A DNA stretch of 64,000 nt from positions 62,001 through 126,000 of the forward strand of contig NIVC01001335.1 in NCBI GenBank assembly GCA_002269645.1, written 5' to 3'. Shown here one piece after another: positions 41,801-56,561 of this stretch. Source of the stretch: Macrostomum lignano. Its lineage: Eukaryota. Made by a program: the position numbers and the translations under genes. Below the pieces are notes generated by a model. It did not search any database. It was given only the letters and a program-made list of their open reading frames with translations, and was not told where the DNA came from. Every line of letters begins with the position of its first letter. Within the stretch, counting starts at the first letter, position 1.

Positions 41801-42284
41801 AGTCAATAATTAACCGATTCCTCCGGCCTAGACAATAATAATACTAGAAAGTGCACATCGGTAAAGTAATTAAATACATCAATCTTTTGACTTCGAAGTC
41901 CCGGAAAAATGAATTAGAAAGTATTTTTTTTCGCTGGACATGCCTTCCAGCTATTGAGGCCAGTCCCTGATTAGCATTGTTAATCATCCCAGAAGTGATT
42001 TCCCATCCGTCCCAGCCCACCGGTTGGGCTGTCCAAGTCCGTTCACTCTGTTTTTGATTTTCACTTTATCTTTCCTGTTTCTGCTTTCACTTGTTCGATT
42101 TTTTTAAGCCGATGACTTCAGAAATTTGGCTGCATCTCGCACAGACACTTCTATGGATGCAAGCAGGTGTAGAGAAGCTGCAGCCTGATGACGCTCAGGC
42201 TTTGCGTTGCTACCAGTACCAGAGGTGTTATGACACATCAGTGATGCGAACAGGTTGACCACTCATCCTGCCCAACTTCTGTCC

Positions 42285-43045
42285 CCACCCTGTCTCCGTC
42301 TCACCCTGTCTCCCTCTCACCCTGTCTCCCTCTCACCCTGTCTTCATATCACCCTGTCTCCCTCTCACCCTGTCTCCATCTCACCCTGTCTCCCTCTCAC
42401 CCTGTCTCCCTCTCACCCTGTCTCTATCTCACCCTGTCTCCCTCTCACCCTGTCTCCCTCTCACCCTGTCTCCATCTCACCCTGTCTCCCTCTCACCCTG
42501 TCTCCCTCTCACCCTGTCTCCGTCTCACCCTGTCTCCCTCTCACCCTGTCTCCCTCTTACCCTGTCTCCCTCTCACCCTGTCTCCATCTCACCCTGTCTC
42601 CATCTCACCCTGTCTCCATCTCACCCTGTCTCCATCTCACCCTGTCTCCATCTCACCCTGTCTCCATCTCACCCTGTCTCCATCTCACCCTGTCTCCATC
42701 TCACCCTGTCTCCCTCTCACCCTGTCTCTATCTCACCCTGTCTCCCTCTCACCCTGTCTCCCTCTCACCCTGTCTCCATCTCACCCTGTCTCCCTCTCAC
42801 CCTGTCTCCCTCTCACCCTGTCTCCGTCTCACCCTGTCTCCCTCTCACCCTGTCTCCCTCTTACCCTGTCTCCCTCTCACCCTGTCTCCATCTCACCCTG
42901 TCTCCATCTCACCCTGTCTCCATCTCACCCTGTCTCCATCTCACCCTGTCTCCATCTCACCCTGTCTCCATCTCACCCTGTCTCCATCTCACCCTGTCTC
43001 CATCTCACCCTATCTCCGTCCCAGCCTGTCTCCGTCTCACCCTGT
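42285..43045. repeat. 16-bp array (TCACCCTGTCTCC[C/A]TC)
   Basis: Visible periodicity. Confidence 0.96.
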
Positions 43046-43565
43046 CTCTTCTTTTCGATTCGATTCCTTCCTTTCGGTTTCGCCACCTCCCTATCCAGAC
43101 TGCTCCCTGAAAGCTCCTTGGCCGGCTCGTGAAAAAAAAGCTAAAAATTTCTGATCGGGTCAAAGCTTTCGAGCAGCCCGCCCAGTTACCGAATGAATAT
43201 TTGATGATGGAAAATGGCTGGAAAAATTAACGGGGGCCTCGGATGATCTCATTGAGATGAGGAACGCTGCATGAGATTAGCTGCCAGGGGCCCACCTTGC
43301 TTGCCTCACCGCCAGCTGGAGCAAGATTGTGTCCAGAGAGGATTAAGGCTTAGCACTCGGCCTCATTGTGAAATTCCTAATCCTCTCTCTTGAGCAGTAG
43401 ATTTCGAAGAACTGCTTCATCAGCAAATCTGGGATGCTGGGCTCAGTTCACTCTATGAGTAAAAGGCCTAATGGACAGAGTACAGTGATGAAACTGTGCT
43501 CATGTGCCTGCAAGTTTAATGACAGATCAACTGGTAAATAATCGTGTTTATTGGATCACACCTGA

Positions 43566-45567
43566 GTCTGTGTCTAACATGTCACTGAACAGTCTGTGTC
43601 TAACATGTCACTGAACAGCCTGTGTCTAACATGTCACTGAACAGTCTGTGTCTAATATGTCACTGAACAGTCTGTGTCTAACATGTCACTGAACAGTCTG
43701 TGTCTAACATGTCACTGAACAGTCTGTGTCTAACATTTCACTGAACAGTCTGTGTCTAACATGTCACTGAATAGTCTGTGTCTAACATTTCACTGAACAG
43801 TCTGTGTCTAACATGTCACTGAACAGTCTGTGTCTAACATGTCACTGAACAGTCTGTGTCTAACATGTCACTGAACAGCCTGTGTCTAACATGTCACTGA
43901 ACAGTCTGTGTCTAACATGTCACTGAACAGCCTGTGTCTAACATGTCACTGAACAGTCTGTATCTAACATGTCACTGAACAGTCTGTGTCTAACATGTCA
44001 CTGAACAGCCTGTGTCTAACATGTCACTGAACAGCCTGTGTCTAACATGTCACTGAACAGTCTGTGTCTAACATGTCACTGAACAGTCTGTGTCTAACAT
44101 GTCACTGAACAGTCTGTGTCTAACATGTCACTGAACAGTCTGTGTCTAACATTTCACTGAACAGTCTGTGTCTAACATGTCACTGAACAGTCTGTGTCTA
44201 ACATGTCACTGAACAGTCTGTGTCTAACATGTCACTGAACAGTCTGTGTCTAACATGTCACTGAACAGTCTGTGTCTAACATGTCACTGAACAGTCTGTG
44301 TCTAACATGTCACTGAACAGCCTGTGTCTAACATTTCACTGAACAGTCTGTGTCTAACATGTCACTGAACAGTCTGTGTCTAACATGTCACTGAACAGTC
44401 TGTGTCTAACATGTCACTGAACAGTCTGTGTCTAACATGTCACTGAACAGTCTGTGTCTAACATTTCACTGAACAGTCTGTGTCTAACATGTCACTGAAC
44501 AGCCTGTGTCTAACATGTCACTGAACAGACTGTGTCTAACATTTCACTGAACAGTCTGTGTCTAACATGTCACTGAACAGTCTGTGTCTAACATTTCACT
44601 GAACAGTCTGTGTCTAACATGTCACTGAACAGTCTGTGTCTAACATGTCACTGAACAGTCTGTGTCTAACATGTCACTGAACAGCCTGTGTCTAACATGT
44701 CACTGAACAGTCTGTGTCTAACATGTCACTGAACAGTCTGTGTCTAACATTTCACTGAACAGTCTGTGTCTAACATGTCACTGAACAGCCTGTGTCTAAC
44801 ATGTCACTGAACAGTCTGTGTCTAACATTTCACTGAACAGTCTGTGTCTAACATGTCACTGAACAGTCTGTGTCTAACATGTCACTGAACAGCCTGTGTC
44901 TAACATGTCACTGAACAGCCTGTGTCTAACATGTCACTGAACAGTCTGTGTCTAATATGTCACTGAACAGTCTGTGTCTAACATGTCACTGAACAGTCTG
45001 TGTCTAACATGTCACTGAACAGTCTGTGTCTAACATGTCACTGAACAGTCTGTGTCTAACATGTCACTGAACAGTCTGTGTCTAACATTTCACTGAACAG
45101 TCTGTGTCTAACATGTCACTGAACAGTCTGTATCTAACATGTCACTGAACAGTCTGTGTCTAACATGTCAATGAACAATCTGTGTCTAACATGTCACTGA
45201 ACAGTCTGTGTCTAACATGTCACTGAACAGTCTGTGTCTAACATGTCACTGAACAGTCTGTGTCTAACATGTCACTGAACAGCCTGTGTCTAACATGTCA
45301 CTGAACAGCCTGTGTCTAACATTTCACTGAACAGTCTGTGTCTAACATGTCACTGAACAGTCTGTATCTAACATGTCACTGAACAGTCTGTGTCTAACAT
45401 GTCACTGAACAGTCTGTGTCTAACATGTCACTGAACAGTCTGTGTCTAACATGTCACTGAACAGTCTGTGTCTAACATGTCACTGAACAGTCTGTGTCTA
45501 ACATGTCACTGAACAGCCTGTGTCTAACATGTCACTGAACAGCCTGTGTCTAACATTTCACTGAACA
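43566..45567. repeat. 26-bp minisatellite (CTGAACAGTCTGTGTCTAACATGTCA), about 77 copies
   Basis: Highly homogeneous, visible periodicity. Confidence 0.98.
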
Positions 45568-45953
45568 GTCCTTCCCAGTCCACCAAGCCTTCATGCAGCA
45601 AGTATTCCGATTTCTTAGAACCGGCGGCAATATTTGTCAGCAATGCGTCATGCTCGGGTTTCGTCATTCTTATCGCAGCAATTCATGTTTGCAGATATGA
45701 CTGGCATAGGCATGGATTCTCACTTACTCACCTGGCGGCAGGCAGTCTATTTATACAGTCAGGTTAGATAAGAATCCGCATCACTGGGGAGGCTGGTCTC
45801 GCTTTGATGGGGCAGATCGGTGGGCCAGTCTGTCACAGGGATTGATTTTGATTGATTGACCCGATCACCTTACTGTCTTTTTTAGGGACTTCTAGCAAGT
45901 TTGATCATATCTTGTTATTAATTATGTTCTGTTTGGGTCCTCTCATATTCTAA

Positions 45954-46718
45954 TGATGGCGCCTTTCATCTTCTAACGATGGCGCCTCTCATATTATAAT
46001 GATGGCGCCCCTCATACTCTAATGATGGCCCCCTCATATTCTAATGATGGCGCCTCTCATATTCTAATGATGGCCCCCTCATATTCTAATGATGGCGCCT
46101 CTCATATTCTAATGATGGCGCCCCTCATATTCTAATGATGGCGCCTCTCATATTCTAATGATGGCCCCCTCATATTCTAATGATGGCGCCTCTCATATTC
46201 TAATGATGGCGCCTCTCATATTCTAACGATGGCCCCCATATTCTAATGATTCTCATATTCTAATGATGGCGCCCCTCATATTCTAATGATGGCACCTCTG
46301 ATATTCTAATGATGGCGCCTCTCATATTCTAATGATGGCGCCCTCATATTCTAATGATGGCGCCTCTCATATTCTAATGATGGCGCCTATCATATTCTAA
46401 CGATGGCCCCCCTCATATTCTAAGGATGGTGCCCCTCATATTCTAATGATGGCACCTCTGATATTCTAATGATGGCGCCTCTCATATTCTAATGATGGCG
46501 CCCCTCATATTCTAATGATGGCGCCTCTCATATTCTAATGATGGCGCCTCTCATATTCTAATGATGGCGCCCCTCATATTCTAATGATGGCGCCTCTCAT
46601 ATTCTAATGATGGCGCCTCTCATCCCATTCTATTAATGGCGCCTTTCATTTTAATGATGGCGCCTCTGATATTCTAATGATAGCGCCCCTCATATTCTAA
46701 TGAACGCGCCTCTCATTA
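45954..46718. repeat. 23-bp minisatellite (ATGGCGCCTCTCATATTCTAATG)
   Basis: Visible periodicity. Confidence 0.96.
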
Positions 46719-47142
46719 GGCTCTGTATTTCAGCAATGCAGACCATGTGAATGAAGGCCTGCGCGCATCGAGCATGAAAAAACTCGATTATACTGGTGCA
46801 GCGGCCGATTCCTTTGCTGCTGTGTTCCACCGCGGCTACAAGCTATCTTTGAGCAATTCAAGTTTCGATACAATTCGCTTAGTTGGTTCTCTACATGCGT
46901 TTAGAAGAAGATTCGATGCAGAAAAGCGGAGAGAAGCCAGTCTACAACCGGCTTCTCGAGTCTTGTCTTCTTCCACGTGCGCAGAAGCATTAAATATTCA
47001 TTGAAGCGGTGCCGGAAAAAGTTGCTCCTTTTGCGCAAGAACTCCTTTTAGTGGGGCCGCGTTTTCGGCTCAATGTTTTCGAAATGGCAAAGCAGCGCTC
47101 TTTGATTGCGGCTGCACTTCGAATGCTTGGGTAGTCTGTCTA

Positions 47143-47453
47143 AGTGTCTGTCCTAGTGTCTGTCCTAGTGTCTGTCCTAGTGTCTGTCCTAGTGTCTGTC
47201 TGTCCTAGTGTCTGTCCTAGTGTCTGTCCTAGTGTCTGTCCTAGTGTCTGTCCTAGTGTCTGTCCTAGTGTCTGTCCTAGTGTCTGTCCTAGTGTCTGTC
47301 CTAGTGTCTGTCCTAGTGTCTGTCCTAGTGTCTGTCCTGTGTCTGTCTGTCCTAGTGTCTGTCCTAGTGTCTGTCCTAGTGTCTGTCCTAGTGTCTGTCC
47401 TGTGTCTGTCTGTCCTAGTGTCTGTCCTAGTGTCTGTCCTAGTGTCTGTCCTA

Positions 47454-47528
<75 letters not shown>
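47143..47528. repeat. 12-bp (GTGTCTGTCCTA)n grading into (GTCT)n
   Basis: Visible. Confidence 0.95.
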
Positions 47529-47529
<1 letters not shown>

Positions 47530-47994
47530 TAATAGCCCACAGACAGACAATCCGCTGAGCTCGGAGACATGTCTGGCACAGCAACAGTTGCAAGCTCGAA
47601 CTCAACGCTACCACCAGTTGAGCGACAGACAGACAGGCAAAGCAGTTCCGAGTCTTCTTTCGCGTGACCTCCGCCGGTCCGCAGGGGTCAAACTGCTTCC
47701 TTAAATTTTCTAGCTGTCTGTCCGCCCGCAATCCCCTGCCCGCTGTCTCCGAAAGGCTGAAATTGGTTTCTTACACGCAATTTTCTACTCCCGGTGTCCG
47801 GGGCGGTTGGCGACCGGGATCGATCCTGCCGGATTAATTGAGCTCCGGCACCCCGCTGGGTCGAGCCTCGTTTTCTTGTTGTCAGCCGATAAATCAATCA
47901 GTTTATCCATCTGTCAGTAAATACAATTAAGTCTGCGGGTGAGTTGTCTGAAAATTAAACAGAATATGAGCAAAATTTGAAAAACTGACAAAAT

Positions 47995-48265
47995 AACTGG
48001 ACGACAACCCAACAGCAGAAACCTAATTGCAACATCCCAATAACAACAAACAAACCAACAACAACCCAATAACAACAAACAAACCAATAACAACCCAATA
48101 ACAACAAACAAACCAACAACAATCCAAGAACAACAAACAAACCAACAACAACCCAATAACAACAAACAAACCAACAACAATCCAATAACAACAAAAAACA
48201 ACAACAACCTAAACACAGTAACCCAATAACAACAACCCAATAACAACAACCCAACAACAACAACA
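47995..48265. repeat. AAC-rich ~29-bp degenerate array
   Basis: AACAACAAACAAACCAACAACAACCCAAT-like units. Confidence 0.88.
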
Positions 48266-48794
48266 GTCCATAAACAACAGCCTATTTAAAACTCAAAAAC
48301 ATCACAAGTTCTACAGCACTAAAACCTGCATGAAACCCAGAACAATCAGTAAATGCGTGATCTTCAAGCCAGAAGCCTTAAAAATCAACCCAGTGGCGGT
48401 GCCGCAGAGCAGGCCAACACGAAACTCCTTGCACTTCCAGACAAATGCTCTGCACCCCACGCAGCTGCAATCCGTCATCCATCAAACTAAGCTATCGCGG
48501 TCAGCCATCATCAACTCGTTACCAGATGATGCCAAGAGAGAAAAAATTCTCCGAAAACCCTGCAGCAGTGGAGATTCTGATCTGACTGATGAAGCTCAGC
48601 CTCTGCAGCATCCCCAGTGCCAATCTTCCTCACTCACTGCAGACTGAGGCAGATCGCTGAGCCAGTTTGAAAATGACGCAAAGCAACATCTATCAAAGTT
48701 TTGCACTTTACACAAAAGTTTAGTGACCTCATGGCATTCTTTCAGTTTAAAACAATGTTTTAAATGTATCACTCCCGCTGCGCTGCCCAATCTG

Positions 48795-49612
48795 CCCTCC
48801 ACTCTCCCCCCAGCTCCCTCCACTCTCCCCCAGCTCCCTCCACTCTCCCCCAGCTCCCTCCACTCTCCCCAGCTCCCTCCACTCTCCCCCAGCTCCCTCC
48901 ACTCTCCCCCAGCTCCCTCCACTCTCCCCACCTCCCTCCACTCTCCCCCACCTCCCTCCACTCTCCCCAGCTACTCTTCACTCTGCCCCAGCTCCCTCCA
49001 CTCTCCCCAGCTCCCTCCACTCTGCCCCAGCTCCCTCCACTCTCCCCAGCTCCCTCCACTCTCCCCAGCTCCCTCCACTCTCCCCCAGCTCCCTCCACTC
49101 TCCCCCAGCTCCCTCCACTCTCCTCCAGCTCCCTCCACTTCCCCCCAGCTCCCTCCACTTCCCCCCAGCTACTCTCCACTCTCCCCCAGCTCCCTCCACT
49201 CTCCCCAGCTCCCTCCACTCTCCCCAGCTCCCTCCACTCTCCCCAGCTCCCTCCACTCTCCCAGCTCCCTCCACTCTCCCAGCTCCCTCTACTCTCCCCA
49301 GCTCCCTCCACTCTCCCCAGCTCCCTCCACTCTCCCCAGCTCCCTCCACTCTCCCCAGCTCCCTCTACTCTCCCCCAGCTCCCTCCACTCTCCCCAGCTC
49401 CCTCCACTCTCCCCAGCTCCCTCCACTCTCCCCAAGCTCCCTCCACTCTCCCCCAGCTCCCTCCACTCTCCCCTATCTCCCCCCACTCTCCCCAGCTCCC
49501 TCCACTCTCCCCCAGCTCCCTCCACTCTCCCCCAGCTCCCTCCACTCTCCCCCAGCTCCCTCCACTCTCCCCTATCTCCCCCCACTCTCCCCACCTCCCT
49601 CCACTCTCCCCA
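48795..49612. repeat. 19-20-bp C-rich array (CTCCCTCCACTCTCCCCAG)
   Basis: Visible periodicity; G-rich on the minus strand. Confidence 0.96.
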
Positions 49613-49924
49613 TATTTTTGAGAGATAAAAGCGACAGGCAAGATTATATTGAAAATGGGGGAAAAGTGCAGTTTAGCACAAAGCTAACAAAGCTAAGGGT
49701 TCCCCCATAGCAACCAGGCACCGCCATAGCAGTGAGGCGGCTTATCTGTTTGCCCCCACCCTGACTGACTTTTCCAGGCTCAGCAGACCGGCACTTAGGG
49801 ATCTCCTAAAGACTACCGATACACAATATCCCTCCCAAAAAGTATCGTTAGTCTGCAGACCACTGCCTATCATATCTCTCTCCCCACTAGCCTGACCCTG
49901 ATTTTGCATTTTCCCCGTGCCCAG

Positions 49925-50186
49925 TCTCTATAGATAAGCGCGGCCCAGCGAAGCCTGAGACAGATGGCGCTGGTCACACAGATTTGGCCATCTTGACCGA
50001 TGTGGCGGCGTCGGGTCTCTCCGCTTTAAAATGCGTGCCCAATGTCTCCAACAGTGCGAAATCTGGAGACACCAGTGAGCCGCTACCTGCAGATGGGAGA
50101 ATTCCTTTTCTTCAAGTCTCACTTGAAGAGCTGAATAAATTCTCGAACGTTTCTTTAAAACGAGTAACTTTGGAAGTCTGTGAAGG
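49925..50186 (+). CDS. Possible internal coding exon of an unidentified gene
   Basis: Polypyrimidine acceptor TTTTGCATTTTCCCCGTGCCCAG (AG at 49923-49924), one frame open throughout (SIDKRGPAKPETDG...VTLEVCE), donor GTAACT at 50187 immediately followed by an array. No family recognised. Confidence 0.35.
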
Positions 50187-50202
50187 GTAACTTGATGTTT
50201 AA

Positions 50203-50951
50203 TTAGCGCCACACTGAGTGTTTAATGAGCGCCACACTGGATGTTTAATGAGCGCCACACTGGATGTTTAATGAGCGCCACACTGGATGTTTAATGAGCG
50301 CCACACTGGATGTTTAATGAGCGCCACACTGGGTGTTTAATAAGCGCCACAATTGATGTTTAACGAGCGCCACACTGGCTGTTCAATGAGCGCCAGACTT
50401 TGTGATTATAAGACACTACATTTGATGCTTTATGAGCGCCACACCTTGTGTTTATTGGGCGCCACAATTGATGGTTGTTGAGCGCCACACCTTGTGTTTA
50501 TTGGGCGCCACAATTGATGGTTGTTGAGCGCCACACCTTGTGTTTATTGAGCGCCACAATTGATGGTTAATGAGCGCCAAACCTTGTGTTTATTGGGCGC
50601 CACAATTGATGGTTGTTGAGCGCCACACCTTGTGTTTATTGGGCGCCACAATTGATGGTTGTTGAGCGCCACACCTTGTGTTTATTGGGCGCCACAATTG
50701 ATGGTTGTTGAGCGCCACACCTTGTGTTTATTGAGCGCCACAATTGATGGTTAATGAGCGCCACACCTTGTGTTTATTGGGCGCCACAATTGATGGTTGT
50801 TGAGCGCCACACCTTGTGTTTATTGGGCGCCACAATTGATGGTTGTTGAGCGCCACACCTTGTGTTTATTGGGCGCCACAATTGACGGTTTTTTGAGCGC
50901 CACACCTTGTGTTTATTGGGCGCCACAATTGATGGTTGTTGAGCGCCACAC
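50203..50951. repeat. 23-bp array (GAGCGCCACACTGGATGTTTAAT) evolving into a 46-bp dimer
   Basis: Monomers at 50203-50400; alternating GAGCGCCACACCTTG and GGGCGCCACAATTG halves thereafter. Confidence 0.95.
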
Positions 50952-51626
50952 TGGATGCTAAATGGGCATCACAAGCTGCAGAGCGCGAAGCCACTGAGTC
51001 GCGGCAGACAGAGCGGCCGATTAGAAAGTTTATTTCTTCAGAAAATGAAACAAGAGACCAGTGTGTTACGAGATGCTCGGTCTCGATCAGCATTTGGCCC
51101 ACTTTCAGGCCGCCCTCTCAGCTGCAAAAGTTTTGCTTGTTTGCTTGCGTTGTCTGAAAATTGCTTCCAATTTCATAGCCGACAATTCATGCATTGAAGG
51201 CCCCTCGGCAAAGCTTGGAGAACCTTTCATTCGAGAGTATCACACAGTTTTTCAAGCTTTTTCTGTAACAGAGCCTGCGGCAGCCACCCCACTTGTTTGT
51301 ATCTGCGCGTTAAAATTCTTGTTTTTGTGTTTCTCTCAGCTTTCTCTCTGCGAACTCATTCTGTGACTGCTGCACTGGAAACTTCAACCTATTCGAGCTT
51401 AATATTTTATACAATCTGTCTTGGTGTGTCAAAGTCTCGGCGTTTGCACATGGCAACTAAAGCGTGGGGGCTGTTGTCAGACTGTAAGCGAATAATTCTT
51501 CAGATTCACAGCAAATCGAGGGCTCGTTCTCGGTTGCTGCGTTTTCTCAGGCATAAATTCGAGTTTAATGTCAGATAAAAAACTTCTTTGCAGAGCCAGT
51601 ATCTTTTTACAAGGAATTCAATTAGG

Positions 51627-51805
51627 TTAGTTTAATGCTGTTGGTTGTATAAGGTTGCTCACACCACTCTGGTTTTCATGTTTCTCTGAGAAGGATTCCA
51701 TGCTCATGTGATAGGCAGAAGCCCTATGGGACTGCTTTCTTTTCCCACGATCTAAGAGTTCTTTGTTTTGCACTATACGGTAAAATGCTTGAAGTTCTTT
51801 AATGT
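51627..51805 (-). CDS. Possible terminal coding exon of an unidentified gene
   Basis: Acceptor TTTGGCCACAG (51806), frame (D)IKELQAFYRIVQNKELLDRGKRKQSHRAS...PTALN*, with an array directly on the intron side. No family recognised. Confidence 0.28.
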
Positions 51806-51824
51806 CTGTGGCCAAAGCAGGGCC

Positions 51825-52100
51825 CTTGTTGTCTTTTGCCAATACACGTGTCTTTGTTGTCTATGGCCGATTCACAGGTCTTTGTTGTCTATAGTCATGG
51901 TCAAAACACAGTTATTTGTTGTGAATGGTCAAAATACAGGTTTTTTTCTAAGGTGAAAACGGTACTTGTTGTCTATGGCCAATACACGGGTCTCTGTTGT
52001 CCATGGCCGATTTATGGGTCTTTGTTGTCTATGGCCGATTCATGGGTCTTTGTTGTCTATGGTAAAAACACATGGGTCTTTATTGTCTATGGTTAAAACA
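51825..52100. repeat. Degenerate ~29-bp array (GTCTTTGTTGTCTATGGCC...)
   Basis: About 9 diverged units. Confidence 0.8.
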
Positions 52101-52573
52101 CAGGTCTTCGTTCTCCTTGGCAGAAGAACCAGCATAGTTGAATTCTAAAACAAAGTCTAGGGTGTACGTTGCCAGTGGTAACAAGTAAAGTCTTTGTTGA
52201 TTACTAGCTATGCTTTATTAAGGGAAAAATAAATTTAATATCAATTTTTATGTACACAAATGCAACTTACTGTTTCACAAAACGATCGCAAAATACGCCA
52301 GCTCTTACCTCAGTTCACAATCCCAGAGAGCAGTTGAGACTCAGGAAATTCCTCGCGATTGTTTTCGAATAGCGAGTTCCCCTTGAGTCACGAGAGGTCA
52401 AAGGAAGTCAAGCCGTGCGGCCGCTTTCGCCGCCCAGCCTCCCTATCGCCACCTGTCAACAGGTGCCGGGTTTGATTTTATCACCGGGATATCATAGCTG
52501 CGATTTTGAGCTGCTTCCGAGATCTGTGAAGGTGAGCTGATAGTGATTAACTCTGACAGGTGTGAACTGTGCC

Positions 52574-53020
52574 GATTGCTAATCTATCCCATCAGTGATA
52601 TTATGGATATAGAATGGATTGCTAATCTATCCCATCAGTGATATTATGGATATAGAATGGATTGCTAATCTATCCCATCAGTGATATTATGGATATAGAA
52701 TGGATTGCTAATCTATCCCATCAGTGATATTATGGATATAGAATGGATTGCTAATCTATCCCATCAGTGATATTATGGATATAGAATGGATTGCTAATCT
52801 ATCCAATCAGTGATGTTATTAATACAGAATGTATTGCTAATCTATCCAATCAGTGATGTTATTAATACAGAATGTATTGCTAATCTATCCAATCAGTGAT
52901 GTTATGAATACAGATTGGATTGCTAATATATTCAATCAGTGATGTTATTAATACAGAATGGATTGCTAATCAATTCAATCAGTGATGTTATTAATACAGA
53001 ATGGATTGCTAATCTATCCA
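52574..53020. repeat. 43-bp minisatellite, second array of the family at 34601
   Basis: About 10 copies of the same unit. Confidence 0.95.
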
Positions 53021-54121
53021 AAGTGCCCAAGAGTTTCTGAGTGCAGTGAAAGCAAGCCGGTGTCGCAAAAGCAGTGCAATGATGCACAAGCGTCTCTCAA
53101 AACTCCAAAATGAAAGTTTTGAGCGAGAGTGATACGCAAGAATGGAGCTCGGAGACTCTGATGCCAGCAAGTGGGGGGGGGGGCGGTGGGCGGCTGGGCA
53201 CCTGCATCTCAATCAGAAACCCTGCCAGTATTTTAACAACCACCCAGAGGCCTCACACAGCAGAGACAATGGCAAACATAATAGCATGAGCACTGAGAAT
53301 AGACACACTGGGGCTGAGGAGACTCAGAGACACACAGCGAGTTGAGAACGGGGACTGGCCTCAGACACACCTTGAAGCCCCTCTCAGCGCCACCCCAATG
53401 GCACTTTCCTGTATAACTACCTGCTGCAACAAGCAAGTGTCTGTCGGGGCAGCGGCAGTTTAGAATTCTCTTGTGCCATTCGCTCAGCTGTTCAGCTCTG
53501 CCCCAGCATTCGAAACGCACTCGCAGCATTGCTTGAGCATTTCTTGAGCATTGCTTCAGCATTTCGCTGCCAGAAAATTCTACAGAAAAGGCTGCGCGGC
53601 CTGACAAGCTGGGCAAAGTTCGAAAAGGTGAGCCACGGACAGGACAGCACCAGCGGGACCCGACTAGCGAAACTCGAACTGGACAAAATTTCGCCTTTTT
53701 GTCATTTTCTTCGACTAAAAAAATCCTTTCGTTTCGTAGAAAATCCTTCGGGGATCTCCCGGGATCAGTCGGGCGAAGGAGGGGCCAACTGTGGAATTTC
53801 TTCAAGACTGGCTTTGACAAAATCTTCCGCCAAGTCTTCCGCCTGCTCCCGGATTTCCCGGGGATTGCTTCAGTCCGACTCTTTGTCTGCCCCGCGCCTC
53901 GCCTCCTTCTTTTGCTTCTCTTTGTCTCCTCTTCAGAGAAACACGATAGAATAAACAGTTTAGAAATTCCACGCCGGAACTTTTTAAACTAACTGCAACT
54001 TGGACCATCCTGGGGAGCTTTAATATCCCCACGGGTTTGGCTGGCGGCTTGAAGGGCCAGCGGCACCCACCTCCACCAGCCCAGCAGTCACGGAGATCCG
54101 ATGAACATCGCATCTGGGGTG

Positions 54122-54734
<613 letters not shown>

Positions 54735-55261
54735 GTGGCTTCCAATCCAGATGGCTGTTTTTAGAGCCCCATGCCCATCCATAGCTTATGTTTACAGTGC
54801 ATTCTGGTGGGTGCTGTGGTATCCGGCTATCTTAAAAAGGCGCAGGCCTCCTTTATCAGAGTATGGTTTACACTTTTGTTACGTCGCGATTTTGTTTTGC
54901 AGAAAAGCAGCATTCTGTTTCACTGCATCCGTGGCTGTTTGCTTTTTTGCGATAGACTGAAAGACAACAGCAGTTTCACCACTGTTTTATGCAGACCATT
55001 CGATCAGAGTTCCTGACGCATGCAGGGCTCTGTTAATATTCCTCATCTTCCAATTTTACCGCAGTGACTCATACTGCCGGTTTATGAAGTCTCTTGGCCA
55101 GTTTCTCCTTGAACTGCATCGATAGCACCAAGTTTTCAATACAAGCACTCGGTTACTCGGTCATTGTGTTGTGTCAGGGGTCCTTTTTGTCAGTTTTTTA
55201 TTTTTTTGTCAGGGGTTAATTTTCACTCGCTTTACTATATCACTATGTCAATCTGTGACTT

Positions 55262-55981
55262 CGTCACCCTGTCACCCTGTCACCCTGTCACCCTGTCACC
55301 CTGTCACCCTGTCACCCTGTCACCCTGTCACCCTGTCACCCTGTCACCCTGTCACCCTGTCACCCTGTCACCCTGTCACCCTGTCACCCTGTCACCCTGT
55401 CACCCTGTCACCCTGTCACCCTGTCACCCTGTCACCCTGTCACCCTGTCACCCTGTCACCCTGTCACCCTGTCACCCTGTCACCCTGTCACCCTGTCACC
55501 CTGTCACCCTGTCACCCTGTCACCCTGTCACCCTGTCACCCTGTCACCCTGTCACCCTGTCACCCTGTCACCCTGTCACCCTGTCACCCTGTCACCCTGT
55601 CACCCTGTCACCCTGTCACCCTGTCACCCTGTCACCCTGTCACCCTGTCACCCTGTCACCCTGTCACCCTGTCACCCTGTCACCCTGTCACCCTGTCACC
55701 CTGTCACCCTGTCACCCTGTCACCCTGTCACCCTGTCACCCTGTCACCCTGTCACCCTGTCACCCTGTCACCCTGTCACCCTGTCACCCTGTCACCCTGT
55801 CACCCTGTCACCCTGTCACCCTGTCACCCTGTCACCCTGTCACCCTGTCACCCTGTCACCCTGTCACCCTGTCACCCTGTCACCCTGTCACCCTGTCACC
55901 CTGTCACCCTGTCACCCTGTCACCCTGTCACCCTGTCACCCTGTCACCCTGTCACCCTGTCACCCTGTCATCCTGTCACCC
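55262..55981. repeat. Near-perfect 8-bp array (CACCCTGT)n, about 90 copies
   Basis: Essentially invariant over 720 bp. Confidence 0.98.
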
Positions 55982-56561
55982 ATGAGTTCAATCTTCTTGC
56001 ACTCATTTGCTCATTCGATCACATGCACCTGATTCGAGTTCGAACTTTCAGTTCAGTTTTATTTAATCAAACGATGGAATCAAGAATCCCTCTTTCTGCC
56101 CTTTGCCTGTGCACCGATTGTTTTGGTTTCAAAATACTTCGGCAGTGCAGCTTCCTTGATCCCCCTTCATCAGCAATGCGTCATATTTGTCTTTTTAATA
56201 GCCTAAAGTGCCTGCGCTGGTAGCAGGCTGGGGGATCCGGGATGGCCGCCTTGTTTTGAGGGCGACTTCCACTTGCTGGTGGCGGCGGAGGGGAGCAGAG
56301 CAGACATGGCCTCTCCATTTGATGATCCTCTACTTAAGATATCCCATTTAAGCCGGGGGTGGGGGCCGGCCTTACCTGTCTTCCCTTCTTTCCTCTGCCC
56401 CTTTATCTTTTATCCTAGAGCAAGAAATCTTTGCTGGGTTAAGTGGTTTTGGTGCTGGGAGGAGCCTCCTCTGGTCCTGGTATGACTTTTTTAATAGCCA
56501 AGGGCTGCCGACAGACATAATTTCGAGATGTCAAGCAGGGGTGCAGCCAGGGGGCAAGGTG

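Noticed and set aside
45540-45680. Protein-like minus-strand stretch MTKPEHDALLTNIAAGSKKSEYLLHEGLVDWEGLFSEMLDT running into the 26-bp array
   Set aside because: Short, no clear acceptor or donor, and no recognisable family; insufficient support.
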